From the IMG/VR virus record IMGVR_UViG_3300028859_000042: a stretch of 33,420 nucleotides of DNA. One strand, written 5' to 3'. Below, in pieces: positions 18,116 to 26,748 of this stretch; positions within the stretch are counted from its first letter, which is position 1; every line of letters starts with the position of its first letter. A program made the translations under genes and the position numbers. The notes below the pieces were generated by a model, which was not told the DNA's origin, made no database searches, and was given only the letters and a program-made list of their open reading frames with translations. This stretch comes from a virus.

Positions 18116-18663
18116 TATCGGAGATAAAATTGTTTATATTGTATATGAAAATAATTTATCTTTTTATGAGTATCCGTTTGAGTGTTTTAAATATAGTGTT
18201 TTATTGTTAATTATTTAGCATGTGTTACTTGTCAACCATCTCTTTATTAGTTAACTACGTACAACTCTCAATTTTAACTTGGGGATTAATTAAAACATAA
18301 GAAACAACTCCATAGTAGTTGATCAGAACAATCAACCACGTATGCTTTATTTTAGTCTATCCTAATTGATGACCCATACAATCAAATTTTATAACTATAT
18401 AAATAACAAGACATTACTAATATTAAATAGATAAAGCGAATCAACATAAATATATATATTAAGATATCCAAACGGATACTCATATATCTTTTTATGATGA
18501 TTTTTTTAAAAAATATAACACGTATACGATAGTTCAAATTTTAAATAATGGTATTACATTTGGACTAGGAATTAAAGAGATAGGTGGTTATTACTCATCA
18601 AATTATTTCATAACTTTAAAAGAATATAGAAAATTAAAACTTCAAAAATTAGAATTGTTATGA
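18102..18663 (+). pseudogene. family-B gene split by a MITE-like insertion
   Basis: The 5' part MCKFNIGDKIVYIVYENNLSFY runs from 18102 to 18169. The 3' part ...ITLKEYRKLKLQKLELL* runs from 18498 to 18663. Deleting 18170-18497 joins them in frame into a 77-aa family-B protein. Confidence 0.7.
18157..18497. mobile_element. MITE-like non-autonomous element (~316 bp) with TIRs and a 12-13-bp target-site duplication
   Basis: The direct repeat tatctttttatga occurs at 18157-18169 and at 18485-18497. The terminal inverted repeats are tatgagtatccgtttg (left) and caaacggatactcata (right). The interior is GC-richer than its surroundings and has no ORF. Confidence 0.65.
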
Positions 18664-18906
18664 TAACTAATATAAATAAATATGATAAAGTAGTATATAT
18701 TTTGGTCATGATGGTAAAATTAGTCAGTCTAAATTTATCTATGGTAATATTTATACAGTAACAGGCTACTTTCGATCTTATATACCAGAATTGTCTTATA
18801 TAACTACAGATGAAATAGAAAATTTTTATATTTATCTTAATTTTTTTATTACATTAAAAGAATATAGAAAATTAAAACTTCAAAAATTAGAATTATGTTT
18901 AGAGTA
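18660..18906 (+). pseudogene. family-B paralog with a -1 frameshift in a T4 homopolymer (18700-18703)
   Basis: MITNINKYDKVVYI(L) then shifts into GHDGKISQSKFIYGNIYTVTGY...ITLKEYRKLKLQKLELCLE*. Inserting one T restores a full-length family-B ORF. Confidence 0.55.
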
Positions 18907-19104
18907 GGAGAAAAAATAGTTTATATAAAGCAATCATATACTGGACTTAAATTAGCATCAATTCATATTATAAAAGATATTAGATTTGATACTAGTATAT
19001 CATTAGAAGATTCTTATAAAAATTGGTGGTTTTCATCCGAATGTTTTATATCACTATCTGAATATCGAAAACAAAAACTTAATGAATTAAAAAAAATATC
19101 ATAA
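18895..19104 (+). CDS. family B member (MFRVGEKIVYI...SLSEYRKQKLNELKKIS)
   Basis: 69 aa. Confidence 0.6.
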   Translation: MFRVGEKIVYIKQSYTGLKLASIHIIKDIRFDTSISLEDSYKNWWFSSECFISLSEYRKQKLNELKKIS

Positions 19105-19169
19105 TATTTTTTTATTCAAAATTAATTTCATATATTTGCACATTAAATGTTTAACTAAATAATTATAAT

Positions 19170-20231
19170 ATGATAGATAAAAATATTTGTATACCTGGCA
19201 ACATATTTGTTGTAAATAACAAAGTTTCAAAAGTAAATAATCAATATAATGATTATTATAATCAAAAAGACTCATTAGGATTAAATGCTTATATTCATAT
19301 GAAAGATGGAATAGATTATTCTGGTTATAACATGATTGAAATTCCATCAGGTACAAAAATTGAAATAATTAAATTTAAAAATGCAACAGCATTTTTTAAA
19401 ATAATAAGTGAGCCTAATAATATTTATTCTGCATATTGGTCTCCATTTAAAGTTAAAGTTGATAAAATTGAAGGTCAAGAAATTAGTGAACCTGAAGTTA
19501 TACCAACTAGATATAAAATCTTCTATAAAGGAAAAGCTCACAAGCCAAAATATTTCAATGATCTTGGTAAAGTTAAAGCATCATTACTTATTACAATTGG
19601 ATATTATGAAAATCAATATGAAATGTTCCAAAAATATATTGATCGTAATCCAGAATTAGAAGACTCACAAATTCCAGAATGGTGTCAATCTGCGAATGAA
19701 ACATTTGATAGAGATGATTGTAAATATCTTGAAATTATGTCATACGTTAATGGTGATAACAAACATCCTATCAAATTTGATTTTGATATGCTTAAATATT
19801 ATGATGATTCAATGAGATTGATTAATGTCACTGCTCAGTTTGGCAACGCAGCAAGAGAAGTATTCAAAAATGTAATGAATACAAAAGAATATTCTTATAT
19901 GTTAGTTTATTATCCTTATGAATATCGTAATCCTAATAATTTTGATGTAAGTTATGGCTATAAAAGTAGTAATTTTGATTTTAGTGAATTGAAAGAAGAT
20001 CAAAGAATTAAAGACATTTTAAAAGAATCTGGGATCAAAGGAACAAAAAAATCTACCAAATTTGGTAAAACTGCAATAGCTTTTAAAACTCTTGATGATC
20101 TTAAACAAGTTATGTTAAGGCTAGAACCAAAAGAATATTTTATTCTTGATTGTGACGGTGATCAATTAATTGAAAAAAATACAAGATTTATTAAATTAAT
20201 TATGCTTCAAGAAGAAAATTTTGATGAATAA
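19170..20231 (+). CDS. hypothetical protein
   Basis: 353-aa ORF with no recognised domain. The short ORFs inside it on both strands are spurious. Confidence 0.6.
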   Translation: MIDKNICIPGNIFVVNNKVSKVNNQYNDYYNQKDSLGLNAYIHMKDGIDYSGYNMIEIPSGTKIEIIKFKNATAFFKIISEPNNIYSAYWSPFKVKVDKIEGQEISEPEVIPTRYKIFYKGKAHKPKYFNDLGKVKASLLITIGYYENQYEMFQKYIDRNPELEDSQIPEWCQSANETFDRDDCKYLEIMSYVNGDNKHPIKFDFDMLKYYDDSMRLINVTAQFGNAAREVFKNVMNTKEYSYMLVYYPYEYRNPNNFDVSYGYKSSNFDFSELKEDQRIKDILKESGIKGTKKSTKFGKTAIAFKTLDDLKQVMLRLEPKEYFILDCDGDQLIEKNTRFIKLIMLQEENFDE

Positions 20232-20234
20232 TAT

Positions 20235-20537
20235 ATGAAAATAGGAGATAAAATATTTTGCTTAGATTATCAAATATATTCGGATTATAATGACGATATT
20301 AAATATAAAGGAGGATTATTAAAAAAAAATACAGAATATACAATCTATGGTATTTTTTTAGAATTTAGTGATTATTCTGAAAAATGGGTAGCAGAAACTC
20401 CTAAGATAGATGATAATAATTGTCAAATATATTTTGAATTAATTGAACTTGATGAGTTGATGTTTAATAAATGTAGATTTTTAACTAATAATGAATATAG
20501 AAAACTTAAGTTGCAGAAAATATATGAAAGTAGGTGA
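20235..20537 (+). CDS. family B member (MKIGDKIFCLD...NNEYRKLKLQKIYESR)
   Basis: 100 aa. Confidence 0.55.
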   Translation: MKIGDKIFCLDYQIYSDYNDDIKYKGGLLKKNTEYTIYGIFLEFSDYSEKWVAETPKIDDNNCQIYFELIELDELMFNKCRFLTNNEYRKLKLQKIYESR

Positions 20538-20757
20538 TAAAGTAATTTTTCATAGTAATCATTATTATAGAGATTTAATAGAAGGTTACACATATACAAT
20601 ATCTGAAATTAATAGAATAGATGATGCTTATATTGAAATACCTAACGAAGATTATATTATAGTATTATTAGAAAATACTTACGTTTTTTTATCAGATTTT
20701 ATAACTATAAAAGAATATCGAAAACTTAAATTGAAAGAAATAGATGAAAGTAGGTGA
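20491..20757 (+). CDS. family B member (YMKVGDKVIFHS...TIKEYRKLKLKEIDESR)
   Basis: 88 aa by the ORF track. The likely start is the internal Met just before KVGDKV. Confidence 0.55.
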   Translation: MNIENLSCRKYMKVGDKVIFHSNHYYRDLIEGYTYTISEINRIDDAYIEIPNEDYIIVLLENTYVFLSDFITIKEYRKLKLKEIDESR

Positions 20758-20947
20758 TAAAGTTGTATGTATTGATAATTATAATTATACATATAAAATT
20801 TCATTAGATAAAATTTTAACAATAAAATTCAATAATAATTCTTATATGAAATTTGATGAAATCGATTATAGATATTCAAGTAATAGATTTATAACTATAA
20901 AAGAATATAGAAAACGTAAATTAAAAAAATTAAAAAACTTATACTAA
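20744..20947 (+). CDS. family B member (MKVGDKVVCIDN...TIKEYRKRKLKKLKNLY)
   Basis: 67 aa. Confidence 0.6.
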   Translation: MKVGDKVVCIDNYNYTYKISLDKILTIKFNNNSYMKFDEIDYRYSSNRFITIKEYRKRKLKKLKNLY

Positions 20948-20985
20948 TATTTGGTAGTTATAAAAAAATATATTATCTTTATAAT

Positions 20986-21510
20986 ATGACAGAAAACAAA
21001 CAAATAAATAAAAATGTAACTTTTTTTGGAGGTGCTATTAATGATAGAACTACTTCTAAATATAGTGATAGTGTTTTAATTGGAAACTTTTTAGCTTCAA
21101 ATGGGTATATAATTAAAAATGGAGGATATAGTGGATTAATGGAAGCTGTTTCTAAGGGAGCTAATGAAGCAGAAGGTACAATAATTGGTTATACTTGTTT
21201 ATCTATTGGCTGTGCAAGAGGAAATGAATATTTAACAGAAACAGTTCCTTGTATTGACATCTATCAAAGATTGAGATTATTAATATCTGATAGTGAAATT
21301 TTTATAGTCCAAATAGGTGGAATTGGTACATTATCTGAAGTGTTTCTTCTATTAGATGGCATAAGAAAATTAAAAGTAAAACCAAGAATATTTTTATTTG
21401 GACCTGAATGGAACAATTTATTTAATAATTTAACTGACTTTATGTCACCTGATCAAATAAAAATGATCACATTTTGTCAGGATTTTGAAGAATTTATAAA
21501 AGTTTTTTAA
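20986..21510 (+). CDS. LOG-family (lonely guy / SLOG, TIGR00730-like) Rossmann-fold nucleotide-processing protein
   Basis: 174 aa. NGGYSGLMEAVSKGA matches the LOG GGGxxGLMG motif, and VQIGGIGTLSEVF matches PGGxGTxxE. Confidence 0.7.
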   Translation: MTENKQINKNVTFFGGAINDRTTSKYSDSVLIGNFLASNGYIIKNGGYSGLMEAVSKGANEAEGTIIGYTCLSIGCARGNEYLTETVPCIDIYQRLRLLISDSEIFIVQIGGIGTLSEVFLLLDGIRKLKVKPRIFLFGPEWNNLFNNLTDFMSPDQIKMITFCQDFEEFIKVF

Positions 21511-21555
21511 ATTTATTTAGTTGGTATCATATTTGTAATATTAAAAAAAATATAA

Positions 21556-21885
21556 ATGACTGTATTTTATACATATTTATTTGGTGTGATAGTAGTATTT
21601 ATTCTAATTATAAATATTCATATATTAGATGAAAAAACAAAATATAAAGATGATGATAGAGATTTATCTATAAAATACTATATATTATTTTATATTTTTA
21701 ATATATTTTGTTATTTATTTTTAAATGTAATACGTGAAAAAAGAAAAATAAATTATTATAAATATTATATAAAATGTTTTGATGATAATAGAATATATTT
21801 TGAATTATCATTTAGTTTAGAAATTGAAATCAAAAAAAGAAATAAAATAATTAGATATTTAAAAATTAAACAATTAAAAAAATAA
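21556..21885 (+). CDS. family C paralog (NIFCYLFLNVIREKRKINYYKYY...IIRYLKIKQLKK)
   Basis: 109 aa with a TM N-terminus. Confidence 0.6.
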   Translation: MTVFYTYLFGVIVVFILIINIHILDEKTKYKDDDRDLSIKYYILFYIFNIFCYLFLNVIREKRKINYYKYYIKCFDDNRIYFELSFSLEIEIKKRNKIIRYLKIKQLKK

Positions 21886-21904
21886 TCATTATATAAACTT
21901 AAAT

Positions 21905-22270
21905 ATGATAATAGCAGTAAAAGTGTATCAAATTATTTTATTTATGATATTAATTGCAATTATTTATAAAATTGTTCTGGTATTAGATGAAAAAACAAAA
22001 TTTCCTGATGATCATAGAAAAATATCTTTTAAATATTCTATATTTTTTTATATTTTTAATGCTTTTTGCTTTCTATTTTTAAATACTATAAGAGAAAATA
22101 GAAAAAATGATTATTATAAATATTACGTAAAATATTATAAAAAATATAAAAAATCACTTGATTTTTTAACTAAATATTCTATATATGATGATTGTAATGC
22201 AATAAATTATAATATTAAAACTTATAATAAAATACTTAGATATTTAAAAATTAAACAATTAAAAAAATAA
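21905..22270 (+). CDS. family C paralog (NAFCFLFLNTIRENRKNDYYKYY...ILRYLKIKQLKK)
   Basis: 121 aa. Its 3' flank aataatcattatataaac is duplicated after both copies. Confidence 0.6.
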   Translation: MIIAVKVYQIILFMILIAIIYKIVLVLDEKTKFPDDHRKISFKYSIFFYIFNAFCFLFLNTIRENRKNDYYKYYVKYYKKYKKSLDFLTKYSIYDDCNAINYNIKTYNKILRYLKIKQLKK

Positions 22271-22438
22271 TCATTATATAAACCCAAACATGACAATATT
22301 GTTATGCTTAACAAAAAAAAAAGAAAATTATGAAACATCAACATTAGGTTTTATCATTTGATAGAGGTTCACCTTTTATTATTTTTAATCAATTAGTATT
22401 TAAAAAAATTAATAATTTAATAAAAAAATAATAAAAAT

Positions 22439-22762
22439 ATGAAAACTACAATAAAAAATGATATAAAAAAACTGGCGGAGAATCAATCAAATCTCAGAAA
22501 TCAAAGAAAAACTATTCACATTAAAGGTGAAAGAGTAATGGAATCATGGAAAGCAGATTATTTACATTCTGAAAACAGACATGAATTAAGAATGTTATAT
22601 GCAGCTTATGCAGTATTAAAAGGTAAAATATTTGAAGAAATTGAACCTAAAAATAAACCAGATAAATTGCCTTTATCATATTACAAAAATTCAATTGATA
22701 AATTAGTTGAAAAATATAATGTGATAGAAGAAATTAAAGATGAATCATTAGCATCTATTTAA
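22439..22762 (+). CDS. hypothetical protein
   Basis: 107-aa ORF. Confidence 0.5.
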   Translation: MKTTIKNDIKKLAENQSNLRNQRKTIHIKGERVMESWKADYLHSENRHELRMLYAAYAVLKGKIFEEIEPKNKPDKLPLSYYKNSIDKLVEKYNVIEEIKDESLASI

Positions 22763-22763
22763 T

Positions 22764-23090
22764 ATGATAATGAAAAACGTCAAAGATGATTTAGAAAAAG
22801 ATAAATTATTTATATTAATTGACAACAAGCTTGATGTTACTTATGGAGGAGTTCAAGGTGCTCACGCTTCATGCCAATGGTTACTTGATCATAAATAGGT
22901 GCAAACCTGGAATAATCAATACTTAATTTTTCTATCTGCAGAACTTGAAAAATGGATATTTAAGTTAACTCTTAAAAATATAGATTTCACAGTGTTCTAT
23001 GAACCTGATTTAGATAATAAACCAACTGCATTAGCAGTACATGGCAATGATTCTCTATTTCGTAATTTAAAACTTTGGGGTGCTTTATAA
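22764..23090 (+). CDS. PTH2-type peptidyl-tRNA hydrolase-like gene interrupted by one in-frame TAG (22896-22898)
   Basis: The ATG at 22764 opens MIMKNVKDDLEKDKLFILIDNKLDVTYGGVQGAHASCQWLLDHK, then TAG, then VQTWNNQYLIFLSAELEKWIFKLTLKNIDFTVFYEPDLDNKPTALAVHGNDSLFRNLKLWGAL*. The block LFILIDNKLDV..GGVQGAHAS matches the Pth2 core (vVRtDLkMgkGKiaAQcsHA) and the C-terminus matches ...TvLgIGP.....D..TG.LKLy. It is a shortened, divergent version. It is either a pseudogene or is translated by UAG readthrough. Confidence 0.5.
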
Positions 23091-23112
23091 GCACCCCGAT
23101 TTTAATAAAAAT

Positions 23113-23183
23113 GCTCATTTAGTCCAGTGATAGGGCGGTAGCCTCTAAAACTACCTACATCGGTTTGAATCCGATAGTGAGCA
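23113..23183 (+). tRNA. tRNA with anticodon CUA (UAG-decoding suppressor-type tRNA)
   Basis: The cloverleaf folds by hand. The 7-bp acceptor stem is gctcatt/agtgagc with one G-U. The D stem is gtcc/gggc and the T stem atcgg/ccgat. The T loop is tttgaat. The anticodon stem is gtagc/(a)ctac around the 7-nt loop cuCUAaa, with U33 and A37 present. The discriminator is A and no CCA is encoded. A19 in the D loop together with U56 in the T loop is a covariant replacement of the G19-C56 tertiary pair. The anticodon lies at 23145-23147. Confidence 0.65.
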
Positions 23184-23216
23184 CAAATATATTTTTCATA
23201 AGGTATATTTATTTTT

Positions 23217-23250
23217 AAAAGGATTGAAATTCATTTCAATCCTTTTTTTA
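23217..23250. terminator. strong hairpin with U-tract 3' of the tRNA
   Basis: aaaa-ggattgaaa-ttca-tttcaatcc-ttttttt: a 9-bp perfect stem extended by an A4/T4 pairing. Confidence 0.6.
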
Positions 23251-23289
23251 TGTATAAAAATTTGCACATTCAAAATTTAATAGTTATAT

Positions 23290-23742
23290 TTGTATCTTAT
23301 TTTAAAACTTATAAAAATGATTGTAAATATTGTAAATTATGTAATGAGTAGTTCATATATATCATTAAATACTGATTATAATATTTTTTATAATAATAAT
23401 GATTCTATTAAAATATTAGATTTTAATAAGATGCTTGATATTACTATATCAATGAAAATAAATAATATAAATTTAGGTGGACTATTATGGTTCGTTAAAG
23501 AAATTCGTATGTATGAAATATGTCAATTAAAAGAATGTAAAGATTTTACTGATATGTTGAGAATGATTGGTATAATAATTGGCACAAATACTATATCTAT
23601 AAGTGATGAAATATATTCAATAAAAGGTTTAACTTTATTAGAATTAACTCACATAATTGATAATAATCCTGATAATTCATTTCAGAAATTACGAACATAT
23701 ATTAGAAAGAAAAAACTTGAAAAAATAATGATAGATGCTTAA
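23290..23742 (+). CDS. tail-family protein (...LRTYIRKKKLEKIMIDA)
   Basis: 150 aa. Paralog of 24944..25372 in the region GLTLLELTHIIDNNPDN / GITLHQFNMMINDDKY. Confidence 0.55.
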   Translation: MYLILKLIKMIVNIVNYVMSSSYISLNTDYNIFYNNNDSIKILDFNKMLDITISMKINNINLGGLLWFVKEIRMYEICQLKECKDFTDMLRMIGIIIGTNTISISDEIYSIKGLTLLELTHIIDNNPDNSFQKLRTYIRKKKLEKIMIDA

Positions 23743-23989
23743 CGTTGGAGACAAAATTTATTTTATTAAATCTTTATGATACAATATAGATTTACCATCA
23801 AATAAAGAATTAACAATCTTACATATATTTGATTGCCGTAATAATATTGTAATAGGAGGAGTTACTACTGTAATTAGAATAAAAGAAGCTATAATTGTTG
23901 ATGATTATTATTCAGAACAATTTTTATCATTGAAAGATTATAGAAAAGAAAAACTAAAAAAATTATCAAATATATGCAAGCTTGGGTAA
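23735..23989 (+). pseudogene. family-B paralog with an in-frame TGA (23777-23779)
   Basis: MLNVGDKIYFIKSL then TGA then YNIDLPSNKELTILHIFDCRNNIVIGGVTTVIRIKEAIIVDDYYSEQFLSLKDYRKEKLKKLSNICKLG*. Confidence 0.5.
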
Positions 23990-24228
23990 AAAAACATAAT
24001 TCAACATTTTATTGTATTGATAACTATATAAAAAAAGATAATAAAAATTATAATCTTAAATCTTATAAAATGGGTACATCTTTTGATAAATATACTAATT
24101 TTAGAATAATATACTATGATAGTAATATATCAAGACAAGTTTTTTTTTCAAATATAACATTATCTGCTAATGAATATAATAATTTTATAAGAAAAACAAA
24201 AATTGAAAAATTATCAAAATATGAATGA
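23974..24228 (+). CDS. tail-family protein (...FIRKTKIEKLSKYE)
   Basis: 84 aa. Confidence 0.5.
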   Translation: MQAWVKKHNSTFYCIDNYIKKDNKNYNLKSYKMGTSFDKYTNFRIIYYDSNISRQVFFSNITLSANEYNNFIRKTKIEKLSKYE

Positions 24229-24484
24229 TTGGATAAATAAATGGATAGAAAGAAAAAATGAATTACCATTATTTTTTGATTATATTATTAAAAAAGATAA
24301 TGAAAAATATGAATTTTATTCATATATGAAATTAACAACTTATGAATTTAGCATAAAAGTTAAATTGTCATATTATATTATAAATGTAGATACTATGTTT
24401 TCAGATGAAAAAGAAATATCATTTAATTCATTTAATAATTATCTTAGAAAAATTAAATTAGAAAAATTAAATGAAAATATCTAA
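24203..24484 (+). CDS. tail-family protein (...YLRKIKLEKLNENI)
   Basis: 93 aa. Confidence 0.5.
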   Translation: MKNYQNMNDWINKWIERKNELPLFFDYIIKKDNEKYEFYSYMKLTTYEFSIKVKLSYYIINVDTMFSDEKEISFNSFNNYLRKIKLEKLNENI

Positions 24485-24758
24485 TTTTGAATTATTGATT
24501 TATGTTATAAATAACGTTGAACGTTTTTATATATCAGAAGGATATGTTATAGATCGTATATCATATAATATAATTAGAAATACATTATGTATAACTGTAC
24601 GATATTTAATTAAAGTTGATTCTGAATTATGTACAAGTATTACAGTAAATGTTAATATTAGAGATTATATTAGAGAAACTAGAAGAATAAAATTTAAGAA
24701 AATGAAAATAGATGAAAATAACAAAAAAGGATATGATGATTTATATATTGAATCATGA
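24471..24758 (+). CDS. hypothetical small protein (weak tail IRETRRIKFKKMKIDE)
   Basis: 95 aa. Confidence 0.45.
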   Translation: MKISNFELLIYVINNVERFYISEGYVIDRISYNIIRNTLCITVRYLIKVDSELCTSITVNVNIRDYIRETRRIKFKKMKIDENNKKGYDDLYIES

Positions 24759-24794
24759 TGAAGAATTTATTCTTAATAAAAAATATACTATTGA

Positions 24795-24947
24795 CGATAT
24801 AAAATATCATATATCAATAATGAAATTAATATTGATATTACATATTTAATAGCTGATAATAAATATAAACAATTTAATTATTATATTTATATTTTAGAAT
24901 ACGTAAAATATATAAGAAAATTTAAATTATCTAAAATAATATTATGA
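24795..24947 (+). pseudogene. start-less remnant of a tail-family gene (...EYVKYIRKFKLSKIIL*)
   Basis: A 50-codon open frame ending in a TGA that overlaps the next ATG. It has no ATG but keeps the tail motif. Confidence 0.3.
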
Positions 24948-25372
24948 TAAACGTAAAGTTATATAATAAAGAATTATTTACTAAACATAATTTGTTTATT
25001 GAAGTCTGTATTCCTAATGATAAATATAATTCTATATCTCATTTATTTGATGTAATAATAAATAAATTAATAGAGTATAAAAATAGAGATGTTTATTTTG
25101 CTTCTATTCGTAGTTTAATAGGTATAATGCTAGTTGAAATGAAACATGTAGATGAATTGGAATTAGAAGATTTTTTTAGAATTTTTCAATATAGATTTGA
25201 TGTGCTTGATAATAAAATAGATGTGTTTAATGGATGGTATCATTTTATAAATCAAGATATAGAAGATATTAAAGGAATAACTTTACATCAATTTAATATG
25301 ATGATTAATGATGATAAATATATTAAAAAATATTTTAGAATGATTAAACTTCAAAAATTATCAAAATTATGA
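24944..25372 (+). CDS. tail-family protein (...YFRMIKLQKLSKL)
   Basis: 142 aa. Confidence 0.55.
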   Translation: MINVKLYNKELFTKHNLFIEVCIPNDKYNSISHLFDVIINKLIEYKNRDVYFASIRSLIGIMLVEMKHVDELELEDFFRIFQYRFDVLDNKIDVFNGWYHFINQDIEDIKGITLHQFNMMINDDKYIKKYFRMIKLQKLSKL

Positions 25373-25740
25373 TAGTAGAATATTATAATATAGATTTTTC
25401 AATAAATTATCAATCTGAAGAAATAGATTCAAATAGAATATATAATATTATTAAAAATTATATAAATAATTATATAATGATATATAAAAATAATCCTCAT
25501 ATTTATGTAGGTAAGGATTGTTTTGATTTTATTTTATATTCCGATAAATTTCATCTTATTTCTTACAAATCATCAAAACCTTATATCGGAATATTATATG
25601 ACTGTTATCTTTATATAAACACAGATTTACAAGAAGGGGATTTTTATTTATCTAATAATAAAATAGATTTTAAACAATATAATAGAAAATTAAAAATAGA
25701 AAAAATAAATAATTATTATAATGAAAATAGTAAAATTTAA
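25369..25740 (+). CDS. tail-family protein (...YNRKLKIEKINNYY)
   Basis: 123 aa. Confidence 0.5.
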   Translation: MIVEYYNIDFSINYQSEEIDSNRIYNIIKNYINNYIMIYKNNPHIYVGKDCFDFILYSDKFHLISYKSSKPYIGILYDCYLYINTDLQEGDFYLSNNKIDFKQYNRKLKIEKINNYYNENSKI

Positions 25741-25857
25741 TGTTGAAATATTTGATAATTATATATTAAAAACTACTAGGATTTTTACGAATTATTATAT
25801 AAAGAAATATCTAAAAATTTTAATGATTATGGAGTTGCTGTTGTTTTTAGTCGTAAA

Positions 25858-26064
25858 ATGATGGATAATTTAAATTATCTTAATTGTAATTATAAAATTC
25901 ATATTCAATATCAAGTAAATGATTATATAAACATAAATGATGTTTTTATATATCCATATTATGCAGCCAATGAATGTGATATTATATTAACAGATTTTGA
26001 TTTTATTAAATATTATAGAAAACAAAAACTTAAAGAAATATGTTTAAACCAGGAGATAGAGTAG
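25858..26064 (+). CDS. family B-related (tail DFIKYYRKQKLKEICLNQEIE; atypical head)
   Basis: 68 aa. Confidence 0.5.
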   Translation: MMDNLNYLNCNYKIHIQYQVNDYININDVFIYPYYAANECDIILTDFDFIKYYRKQKLKEICLNQEIE

Positions 26065-26282
26065 TTTGCATAAATGATGAAAATAATTGTGATCCAAATA
26101 TAAATCTAATTAAATATAATATTTATATTGTAAAAGAGTTACATGAATATACCAATAATAGAATAATATTAGAATATCATGAAAATAGTTTATATTATAA
26201 TACTAGATTTATATTATTAAAAGAATATAGAAAAGAAAAACTCAAACAAATAGAATTATGTTCAAACCAGGAGATAAAGTAG
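26040..26282 (+). CDS. family B member (MFKPGDRVVCIND...)
   Basis: 80 aa, tail LLKEYRKEKLKQIELCSNQEIK. Confidence 0.6.
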   Translation: MFKPGDRVVCINDENNCDPNINLIKYNIYIVKELHEYTNNRIILEYHENSLYYNTRFILLKEYRKEKLKQIELCSNQEIK

Positions 26283-26494
26283 TGTGTATTAATGATAAAT
26301 ATTTTGATAATGATAAATCTATAATAGAAATGATTAAATATAATATTTATACAATAAATAGAATTGCAGAAATTTCAGGTAGCAATACAGATAGAGTTGT
26401 ATTATATGAATGTAAACGTATGTATTTTTCACACAGATTCATATCATTAAAAGAATATAGAAAACAAAAATTATTAGAAATATGTTCAAAGTAG
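26258..26494 (+). CDS. family B member (MFKPGDKVVCIND...)
   Basis: 78 aa. Confidence 0.6.
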   Translation: MFKPGDKVVCINDKYFDNDKSIIEMIKYNIYTINRIAEISGSNTDRVVLYECKRMYFSHRFISLKEYRKQKLLEICSK

Positions 26495-26748
26495 GAGATA
26501 AAGTAGTTTGTATTGATGTTAAAAAATATAATAATAATAATTATAATGTAAACCTAATTAAATATAATATTTATACAATTAATATAGATTTTTCAGTTTT
26601 TGATAGATCAAGTTTTGGTAGATCAAGAGTTGAAATAAAAGAATGTTGTAATGAGACATTTTATTCAGAGAGATTTATATTATTAAAAGAATATAGAAAA
26701 CAAAAACTCAAACAAATAGAATTATGTTCAAACCAGGAGATAAAGTAG
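26482..26748 (+). CDS. family B member (MFKVGDKVVCIDV...)
   Basis: 88 aa. Confidence 0.6.
   Translation: MFKVGDKVVCIDVKKYNNNNYNVNLIKYNIYTINIDFSVFDRSSFGRSRVEIKECCNETFYSERFILLKEYRKQKLKQIELCSNQEIK

Noticed and set aside
11441-18487. The 9-mer cgtttggat is shared between the TnpB 3' region (11447-11455) and the MITE TIR (about 18472-18480 on the reverse strand), hinting that the MITE could be a TnpB-element derivative.
   Set aside because: It is a single short match. The MITE has true TIRs and a TSD, whereas IS200/605-type elements do not. This is probably coincidence.
22280-22440. A possible second tRNA or structured RNA in the long intergenic region after ORF 21905..22270 (aggttttatcatttgatagaggttcacc).
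   Set aside because: No acceptor/T-arm cloverleaf could be built by hand, and only weak imperfect palindromes are present.
23113-23183. Alternative fold of the tRNA with a 5-bp anticodon stem (ggtag/ctacc) and a 9-nt loop, or a tRNA on the opposite strand.
   Set aside because: The 9-nt loop fold removes the position-26 spacer and shortens the variable loop to 3 nt. The opposite strand gives a non-canonical T loop (ATTCAAA). Both plus-strand folds put C-U-A at the loop centre, so the anticodon call does not change.
22764-23183. A ciliate-like host code (UAA and UAG both read as Gln) as the explanation for the TAG and the tRNA(CUA).
   Set aside because: TAA terminates most genes in this window, including MVP, LOG and PTH2 itself, so UAA cannot be a sense codon here. 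Only a UAG-specific reassignment or readthrough is compatible.
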